DNA of 58,074 nt from Lama guanicoe (Eukaryota), in the NCBI GenBank assembly GCA_013239625.1, contig MU053754.1:310001-368074 (forward strand), given 5' to 3'. Position numbers and translations under genes: made by a program. The first letter of the stretch is position 1; every line of letters begins with the position of its first letter. The notes under the pieces were generated by a model that was not told the DNA's origin, searched no databases, and was given only the letters and a program-made list of their open reading frames with translations. Positions 48,951-58,074 of the stretch are shown here, in pieces.

Positions 48951-49859
48951 CTTTAAATTGAAATAAGATTGTATTTATAAAAGGAGATCGAGGTGTGAAA
49001 CCGTAACTGGCCTCTCAAACATATGAAATTACAGGTAATGTGTGGATTAGTTAAATTTGGGAAGGTGATTTCTGCTGGATTTTATTTTGCGTGGAATTTG
49101 TCGTTCTCAATCACATAGTTTGTTATGTGTGCTTCAGACGTCCTTGTGTGTACAGGAATTTAAGATTTCTATCACAGAATAACTGTATTATTCTTTATTT
49201 AATGATTCCTATTTTGGAACAGTTTTATTGTGGAGCCATATTTGATAGGTCCTGTCTTTAATAATGGTGGTGAGGAGAATTTTTTTTATTGGAATGAGAC
49301 AAATGAGAAACACCACCCACCCCGCCCTGTGCTTACATTTGCCTATCTCCATAAATACATGGAGCTGTGGGTTTTGTTACTAATGTGGATGTGTAGAAGG
49401 GAAACCCTCTTGCTTTTAGCAAAAATTATGATCCAAGAAATTCTGTGTAAATAACCAAATGGCAGTTTATTAGGTCCACCCCACATGTGAGTCACTTCAC
49501 CTCCTAGTCACTGTTATGAGAGTTTACATCTCATGTTCCTTCTCCAAATATTTCTGGAGTCAGTGAGATTAGAAAGACATGAAGGGCACTGCTGAGAGGG
49601 ACCCAACTTCAAGGAGAAGATTCTGCAAAGATTTTTTTTTTGTCTCTTTATGTTTATGCTACCCCCATTTACAAGGGGAGGCAATACTATATGTCGCGAT
49701 GAATTATGTAATGAGGCCATCTCAGTTTCCATAAATTTGAGATCTAGTTAAAAAGAGGCTCATTAAATTGGTGAACTCAGATTACTTTTCTCAGTTTATG
49801 TTCCCTCAGAAGTGCTGAACTAGTAAAATAATACTGCATATACAGTGGAACCACTAATA

Positions 49860-50050
49860 TGTATTATAGGTTTAATTCTATAAATATGTGATCATGAGAA
49901 TATGATTATAGAAGTAAATATATCTATGCAGTGTATATATATCATATGTATATTATGCATATATATTATATTTGTGTATGTTTGTGACATGATTTTATAT
50001 ATCCAAATTTTATATATATATATTACACACACATAAATATATATAAATAT
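49860..50050. repeat. AT-rich (TA)n low-complexity region
   Basis: tatatatatcatatgtatattatgcatatatattata... Confidence 0.8.
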
Positions 50051-52436
50051 CCCTGTCCCAGAATTTTATAGTTCCTTTATTATTAATATTTGTTCCATGT
50101 ATTTCAGTACAGTGGGCATCTTTTTCCTTTTCTTACCTTTCTTGTGTTCCCTCTCTCTTTCCAGAAGTTTAAGTTACAATTTGACTGGCTGCAAGTCCTA
50201 AAATACCATGATATTTAAACCCACTCGTTTTAAGAGAGTCGAAAGAGCTTGTAGAACTTATTTTTGAAATATAATATTAAGGAACAATGATACATTTTGT
50301 CACTCAATAGCAAGAATTAAGTTAAACCAAGCCGTTGTTTCGTTATAATGGCAATATGTTCACAGATTAATTTCACTCTTTGGACTTAAGGGTGAAAGTC
50401 TGACGCTTTCTCCTCATCTTCTACCTGGTTGCCTCATATAATATATGTTGTAATTTGATGGTGTGAGAAGTTCACAGCACACCCTTCTAAAGTGCAGGCC
50501 ATATGTATTCTTAGCAGTTCACAGAAAAATTATATGTATGTTCCTTAGAAAGAAAGCATTAGTGCATTTTTTTTGTTGTTGTTTGTTTTTAACATAGACA
50601 GTTTATCTTCAGGTATAGAACAAGAATTTTCCTTCCATGGCAGGTTTGTGTTTGACAGAATTTGAAGTAACCGTTATCTTAGTGAAAGGCATCCAATTAA
50701 ATTCTACCTGTTTGGTTGATTTCACCCCCAGGGGTTTCTTTATTTCCCATAGCTTTTCTAAGAGTAGGGGTGTGGGCATCAGATAGCTCCTGAAATCCTA
50801 TCTAAATGGGAAGAGCTGAAGGTAAGCTTGGGGTTTGCTTTGGTTTTCTTTCTTGGAGACTACCGGATGCCAGGTTGGGCCCTGAGCTTCCCTAAGAACC
50901 ATGAAGTAATGCATTCTGGAACATAAGGGTAAACTACATCTTACTGTGAGGACCCTAGATGTCAGGTGATCCAGAGAAACACCTGCTCCATGAAGGGTGT
51001 TATGGGATCAGATCACGGGCATTATTCAGTAATGACTGAGGACTGGGCCATCAGCTTCAGTTCCTCCAGCCGTGTCACAAGACCTTTAGAAGACGTTTTA
51101 CTGGGACAGGTCTCCATGTTGCTCAGGGCAGATCCATGAAATGTTCCTGTCTTTTGTCTTCTACTGGATTATAACATCCTAGACTCTATTTGGGGAACAA
51201 AAGATTCTTACAAAGCAGCATTGTTTATCTAAAAGATTTATAGAGATAAACAAAGAATGGAAGAATCCTCTAATTCATATGTGCTACATTTAGCTAATTT
51301 GTACCATTGTGCAGGGACTGTACGTGCTGGTCTGTGCTTTATAATACTTACACCCAGTGTGTAAAAAAAGAGTCTACTCAGGCTGAAAAGATAACTGTGC
51401 ATTTGAGAAATTGACATCCTCCTTTATAACCTTCTCCTTCCCCAACTGCTAATAAAAGTTGAGGAGACTTTTTAGAATTTAGGGGTTTTTTTTTCCCTGT
51501 TGTTATTGTTATCATCTTTCGTAGCAGTGGTATTTCAAACGATTTTGATATTTTTATTATACACATGTGATATATGAAGGAAGAAAAGATCTTAATGCTG
51601 TTTTGTCTATTTTCTGAAAAATGCCATAGGTTGCTCATGAAGGGGCTTTTGGTCGTAATAACTTTTTAGTGTGGAACATAATTACATGATGATTGCATGA
51701 GGTGTTCATTTCTGTCACAGTAAGGGGACGTGTGTCCTCACTGTGTCCTCAATTTAACTGAAATCTCATGATTTCATGTTTTCAACAAACACCGACTTAA
51801 TGTCTGGCATTTGTCCCCGTCCCCCACTGGCAGTCACTGACTGGCGGCCAGGATTATTAACACATCTGCTGATGGCCAGAGGAGGGTATTAAGTGAAATC
51901 TTGACTTGACAATGGTGAGAATTACTCAGAGGGCAGCAGCATTTTCCTATCACTTTTAAAATATTTATTAAAGTAAATAAATAATCTCCTGAAGCCCAGT
52001 GCTTTCTTTTTTATCACAACCACCCAGGTTCTTTTTATTGCTCTCAGCATACACACAAGAATCAATCCTTGGGGCGAGACTTCGGTGTTGACTTATTACT
52101 AAACTCATTAATGAGAGAGGAACTGAGGTGCACAATTACTTGAAAATGTGTGCCTGCAATGCCCCTGAATCCTGAGAGCTCTTTGAGTATTTCTTCCTGT
52201 GCTGATGGGAAGAATCGGCCGAATTAGATGACACATCTGGGTGAATTGTTAGCAAACACCCGTCATGCACGCGTACCCCGTGTGATCGAACGGATGGGGA
52301 CAAAGGTGGCAGATGCTGATTCTGTAAGAGCACGGAATAGGCGCATCTCCTGTTAGCACATCCGCAGAAGGCGGTGAAATAAGCCCACTGCGTTCAGTGG
52401 GATCCTTATATTTGCTCTAAACAAATGGCGTATGAT

Positions 52437-52983
52437 TGTTACCAGGTGCAAACTTGTTCTGCTCGCCACACGACAAGCCAGTAAATTGGGAGACAGGGTG
52501 CTGGGACAAGGAATAATGGCTTTATTCGGAAAGCCAGCAGACCCAGAAGATGGCAGATGAACATCCTGGAGAACCATCTTCCCCAAGTCAGAATTCAGGC
52601 TCCTTTTATGCGATAAAGGGGAGGGGGTGTGGTTGTTTGTTGCAAACTTCTTGGTGTAGGAATTCTTCGTTCTTGGAATCCTTTGTTCTTTCAGCTGTCG
52701 GCATGGGTCAGGTCATGGTGCCTCTATAAAATCTCTAACAAAACAAATTTTATTTTCTGTTCTGCAAATTGTTACCTTTATACGAATGGAAAAGTGTTAA
52801 TACCCTTAAAGGTCAGAGCCTTGAGAATGGGCTCTCCTGTCCTTGATGGAAACATTTTAGGCTAAAAGCAACATTCTTTTGCAAAAGGTGCAGGACCAGC
52901 AAAGCTAAGCGTAGAAAACGGCACAGGGCTAAAGCCAAGGGAACAGATCTAATACGGAGTCAGGTTTGTTCTTTTCTATTACA
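52437..52983 (-). mobile_element. ERV1 solo LTR
   Basis: tgttacc...tattaca termini, perfect 4-bp TSD tgat (52433-52436, 52984-52987); AATAAA on the minus strand near 52522. Confidence 0.93.
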
Positions 52984-53749
52984 TGATGCCTTCACTTGTG
53001 TATATTCACTGCCGCATTTGGCATCTGCTGTATGTAGGGTTGAGCTTTGCAGCTTCACGTGAAATAACACTTGAAAAATGTTTTGTGCACCTACAGAGGG
53101 TGTCTACCCTCATGGCATGGATGGCATCCTGGCTGGGATCTTGCCCGTAAGCTTCCCTTTCTGAGCCCTCCTTCCTCCTCCAGGGGCTTGCACAGGGCTG
53201 GTGAGCTAAGACCAGCCATCACTTATACAGAAGAGTGAGAAAACTTGGGCTTTTGGGTCCTTACCTCTTGATCTAACTATTTCCTTTCCTCCTCGGTGCC
53301 TGTCATTCCCCCTCTCCATCAGGAAGCTGAGCATCCTCCAGTTCTGCCTCCGCTCTGTCTGAGACCTTCCCTGGCACACGCAGCTCCATCTCCACACTCT
53401 CACAATTGCCAGTCTTGCAGCACTGCCTCTTGAAATCTGCTTCACGTGAAAACCAGTATTTGCAGCCATGCATTCACGAGAGTACCCTGGCTGTCTGCCT
53501 GGAACCGAGTCCACATGCTGATAACTGCTTGTGAACCAAAGTTACCCTAATTCCCTGTGCTTTTCTTCACGCTGATCATCCTGGGGAAAGAGAACATCCT
53601 CATTGCGATGCCCGGTGTGAGAATTCACAGTTTAAAGGGCTGATGTCTGCTGTTTCCATAAAGGACAGCTGTGTAGTCCAGCACAGATAACTGTCAATAA
53701 ATAAAGGCCGTTATAGCCTTTGAAACATACAGGATTTATTTGATTTATT

Positions 53750-53970
53750 TCCCGATACACACCACTATATTTAAGATAGATAAACAACAGGTTTCTTCTG
53801 TATAACACAGGAACTAAATTTAGTGTCTAACAGTAATCTATATGTATGAAATAATATGAAAAGGAATGTATGTATGCATATGTACGACTGAAACACGATG
53901 TTGTACCCTGGAAATTGACACAACATTGTGAACTGACTACACTTGAACTAAAACTAAATTATATAAAAGA
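53750..53970 (+). mobile_element. Short camelid L1 3' end
   Basis: atagataaacaacaggtttcttctgtataacacaggaacta...gaaattgacacaacattgtgaactgactac. Confidence 0.88.
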
Positions 53971-55265
53971 ATCATTTTAAGCTAATAAATCACCCAGATA
54001 CAGAGTGCCCCAAGTAAACACACACACATACCTTATTAATGTGACATCAATGTGTATTATTAAATTAAAGAATTATTATTTAGTCATTGTGAACAGAAAA
54101 TAACCTCTAAAGTCACAGGGGTCCAGAACGTGTGCCAAGGAGTAGCTTTTGCCCAGCCGACATCAGAAAAGCACATGCTGAGGTATTGGCGTGGCTTACA
54201 GTGATTGGATTGATAGACATTCTGCAGGTCATTTCCAGATGCTTCTCACACGTGATTCTGCTGAGAATTCATGTGATAGTGGGGCAAGGAGGGCAGGCTT
54301 TCTGCTCAGCATTTTTGGGGCTTGGCCAAGACCCCGGAGAATAGTCCCTGTGAGGGCCAGGTCCTGGGCAGAGCACCCTGGTTTCCTCCAGAACGTTTGC
54401 CCCACTCATCAAGCCTCACAAGGCTGTAATCCCGTGTTTGGACCTGCGTGTGAGTCACTCGAGCTCTGAACACATCTTTACACACCTGTTCAGTGCTGGT
54501 GACACACCTCAGATGGACACATTATGAAAACGTTGTTAAAGCACTGAATCATTTCCACACCTGTCAGGACGTCCATTTAGCTGAGGCCTTGGAGAAAAAC
54601 TCTGATTCCAAACCTCCACCCTGTGGGTCATGCAGTCAGATACTCGAGCAGTATCAGAAATCCCCACTGGGGAACAGGACCAGGGTCATATTCAGGAGGT
54701 GACTGTGGCTTCACTCAACCTGTTGTCGCAACCACCGTCTCCATCCATATTGCCTCTTACCTCTTTGCTGATCCAATCTCTGTGATAAGAACCTTGGCTG
54801 AAATGATGGGAAGGCTATTCCAGGCTTCCAGTTATTTTGTGCAGGAGAATGCAGCTGGGCAGCCCTCCCCTGGGAAAGATTGAGGAGCATCCCCAGTTAG
54901 CTAATACCCTCTGCCTCTGCTCATTTTTTTTTTACAAGAAAATGTGAAATATGGCACATGATTAATTTCTGAAGCAGAAAAAAAAAAGGAAGAGACTTCA
55001 AAGGTTGGATCTGTTTTATACAGACTGTTTCCAAAAGTATTTAACTATGCACAGGTCGAGTCTCAGTCTCCGTAATGTCCTAATGCTTTTGAATATTTCA
55101 TAATCAGTGCCGATCATTAGTTAATCAATTAAATGATTTGGAATGATAGTCAGAAAGCTGACACACTGTTCATGGTCCCCTCTGCTCTTGACCTACTTGT
55201 TAAAATATGTTTGTGTCAGAAATCTGACCCCTGACTCTGCATTCATAAGACCATCCTGCAAGGTA

Positions 55266-55310
55266 TGTGTGTGTGTACATGCATTCACACACCACACACA
55301 CACACACACA
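55266..55310. repeat. (TG)n followed by (CA)n microsatellite
   Basis: tgtgtgtgtgtacatgcattcacacaccacacacacacacacaca; arms are self-complementary. Confidence 0.9.
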
Positions 55311-56231
55311 TATCCAAAGTAGATGGTCATTGATTTATTCACAGGTTTTTACTCATGGAGAGCTATGACTAAACAGTTCGAATCAGCATCAAAGGCACTT
55401 ACAAAATTCTTAAAAATGACATTAATGAAGCTCCCTAATAATTACCATTTTCCATTCTTTCGATTTTAGCTTCTGTAGTTCTGGGGGACAAATATGCTTT
55501 TCCCTTCAATTGTTTTATACATATATCTGATTTCTGTGGCTCAGTAAAAACACCAGCAGAGTTTTTCTTTTTTCCCCTTCTGTGAAGAATTTTTGCAGAG
55601 CTACTAAGGAAACATAGAAAATAAAGGCTAAGGTATTGCACAGAATAAAATTCATAAAAAGCTCTTCGCTAGTATTTCTCCAGGTAGCATCAGCTGCAAC
55701 TTTCTGCAGAGGGCTGAGTTTCTCTGATGATTCAGTGGTGCTAACCACCCTCCAGTCTAGTTCTGCAGATGTAGGATGGCTTACTTTTCAAGTAGGTCAT
55801 GAAACACACCATTTATAAAGCACTTAGCTCCGCTGCCTATGCAAAGAATAACATGTTGCAACACAGAGAAGCCTTTTTTAAGGAGTTTGATATTTAAAGC
55901 ATCACAGTGCAAAGATTCCTGTGCACAGATCTGCCTTGCAGAATTCATGGTTTACATTAAAGAACAATTGCAAGCATCAGCACTACAGAAATTGCCAGAT
56001 CTGGGGGACTCCTGCTGTCCTGTCACAATGTTTCTGATAATAGAACTAAATACAGAGCTGGCTAGTTTCTATGCTGTGTCTCAGTGTCAGTTATCAACAC
56101 TAGGTGAGCAGTGAAGAGGTTTCAACATATATTCGCCATGATTCATCCATGAAGTGTATTGCACAGTGAATTTTATACTGTACTAGTAAATAGCAGATTT
56201 CTCAGGCATGATTTTGAGTAAGAGCCTCCGC

Positions 56232-56452
56232 AAGGGTTTCTCAGTATGGGCACTATCTACATTTGGGGCTAGATAACACTTTCCTGAGGGGCTGTGCTGT
56301 GCATTGCGAGATGTTGAACAGCATCCCTGGCCTCTACCTTTTCCATGTCAGTAACCTACCATCCCCGCCTACGTTGTGATAATTCAAAATGTCTCCAGAC
56401 ATTGCCAGCTGGCTACCGGGTGACAGAATTGCCCTTGTTGGGGGATTCACTG
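56232..56452 (-). mobile_element. MER20 hAT-Charlie MITE
   Basis: agggtttctcag...cagcatccctggcctctacc...caaaatgtctccagacattgcca...cactg is the reverse MER20 consensus. Confidence 0.92.
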
Positions 56453-56529
56453 TAATTTTCAATTTGCTGATTATTAGACTAGTATGGTAAAGCTTTCCAG
56501 GAGATTCTAACTGCACCGAAGTTTCAAAT

Positions 56530-56667
56530 CAGTGGTCCACAACCCAGCATTGACATCACTTGGGAGCTTGTTGGAAATGCAAACTCAGACCTGCGTACAG
56601 AATCAGAATCTGCATTCTACCAAGACCCCAGGGGATTCCTATGCAGATCATGTTTGAGAAGTGCTGC
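56530..56667. mobile_element. MER5A MITE
   Basis: catcacttgggagcttgttggaaatgcaaa...gaatcagaatctgcattctaccaagaccccagggga...gtttgagaagtgctg. Confidence 0.85.
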
Positions 56668-57261
56668 CCTCTCTTTTCTGAGAAATCTCCATAACTCTCA
56701 AGTCCTACTCACGGGGCAGTCCAAGCAAACAGGGGCAAGGATTGTGCCCTGCTGCCCTCACAGTAGGTTCAGTTGGACAACATACATGGCCTGCGGGTGA
56801 GGGTGGGGCAGAATCCATTGCAAGGTCAAGGGCAAATCAGATTTTCTGTTACCATAAAGGGGTCAAGAGATTGTGTTGGTTCTTGTTGGAAGTCAACAAG
56901 GAGAGGACACCTGGGTAAAGCTGAGTGAGTGAAATGGCCAGTGGTGATGGAGAAACTCCACCTGGAAATCTCAGTGCTCTTTCTTCTTTTCTGTTCTTCC
57001 TAGCCCTGGTTTACAAATATTTCTTCACCTCCAGCCCTGGTCATACAGTGAGTCAGCAATTCTTGACTTAGCCCGAGAGCGTTTCTCTCCTGGCAACCTG
57101 TGATATGCAGCAAACATGAGAATCTGTTTCATTTTAATAAAGTTCAGTGGGAAGTTCTTGTAAAATAATGGTAGTACACCATGCCAGTACATTCATAATG
57201 AACATTCTGTAACCACACATTGTTTGTTGGATGAACTCTTCTGAGAGAGAGTTTGATAAAC

Positions 57262-57920
57262 TGAATATATTTTCCCCACTGTGTGTTTTTGCCTCTTTTG
57301 TCATAGATTGACTATAAGAACGTTGGTGTGTTTTTGCCTCTTTTGTCATAGATTGACTATAAGAACGTTGGTTTATTTCTATTGCATTGATCTGTGTGTG
57401 TTTTTGTGCCAGTACCATACTGTTTTGATTACTGTAGCCTTGTAGTATAGTCTGAAGCCAAGAAGCATGATTCCTCCATTTCTGTTCTTTCTCCAGATTG
57501 TTTTGGCTTTGTAAGGTCTTTTCTGTTTCCATACAAATTTTAAAATTATTTGTTCTAGTTCTGTAAAAAATGCCATTGATATTTTGATAGAGATTGCATT
57601 GAATCTGTGGATTGCCTTGGGTAGCATGGTCATTTTAACAATATTAATTCCTCCAGTCCATGAACGTGGTATATCTTTCCACCTATTTGTGTCATCTTTG
57701 TTTCTTTCATCAGTGTCTGTCTTACAGTTTTCTAAATACAGTTCTTTTACCTCCTTAAGTTTATTCCTAGGTATTTTATTCTTTTTGATACAGTGACAAA
57801 TGGGGTTTTCCCCTTAATTTCTCTTTCTGATAGTTTGTTGTTGTGTACAGAAATGCAACACATTTCTGTACATTAACTTAGTCTCCAGGAATTTTACCGA
57901 ATTCATTGATGAGCTATATT
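57262..57920 (-). mobile_element. L1 ORF2 fragment
   Basis: ORF 57379-57633 [35 protein letters not shown]...[16 protein letters not shown] is L1 ORF2p. Confidence 0.95.
57281..57372. repeat. 45-bp perfect tandem duplication inside L1
   Basis: gtgtgtttttgcctcttttgtcatagattgactataagaacgttg at 57281 and 57326. Confidence 0.97.
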
Positions 57921-57924
57921 TTAG

Positions 57925-58074
57925 GCTTTTTTTTTTTCATTTTTTTATAATAATTTTATTATTTTTATTACTTTTAGTTTCACATATAATTTTATTATAT
58001 ATAATATGTTTAATATTATATATATTTTGTTAATTATTTTTATTTTATCATTTATTTTAATTATTATTTAAATT
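57925..58074. repeat. AT-rich low-complexity tract
   Basis: T/A-rich run to the window end; possibly the tail of a further antisense retroelement. Confidence 0.85.

Noticed and set aside
52384..52401. Hairpin cccactg-cgtt-cagtggg as a terminator
   Set aside because: A 7-bp stem is expected by chance at this window size, and intrinsic terminators do not apply to mammalian Pol II DNA.
37088..52983. A full provirus bounded by the two related LTRs
   Set aside because: Each LTR has its own TSD, I see no gag/pol/env between them, and the interval holds older repeats (MIR, L2, MLT1).
1..58074. A novel multi-gene system (defence island, operon or similar) among the listed ORFs
   Set aside because: The DNA is mammalian and repeat-rich. 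All ORFs are 152 aa or shorter, overlap in all frames, many begin at non-ATG codons, and the recognisable ones are TE remnants.

Overview
This is mammalian non-coding DNA, most likely from a camelid (alpaca, llama or camel). That assignment rests on four Vic-1-like tRNA-derived SINEs and several lineage-specific L1 3' ends. The window reads as intronic or intergenic sequence dense in interspersed repeats: L1, L2, MIR, MaLR/MLT1, ERV1 solo LTRs with 4-bp target-site duplications (TSDs), and MER5/MER20/MER58 hAT MITEs. None of the supplied ORFs looks like a real single-exon gene; the recognisable ones are L1 ORF1/ORF2 remnants or SINE/LTR read-throughs. The best gene evidence is an exon-like segment at 9385-9487 (+), plus weaker candidate exons; I could not identify the host gene. 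I found no novel multi-gene system. The items most worth a second look are a TSD-flanked ~87-bp polyadenylated retrocopy fragment, a ~149-bp non-tandem duplication that appears patched into an LTR, a degenerate 32-bp minisatellite with a palindromic core, a perfect 19-bp-stem palindrome, a pre-miRNA-like hairpin, and two enhancer-like motif clusters. Repeat family names are from memory of consensus sequences, and boundaries without TSDs are approximate.
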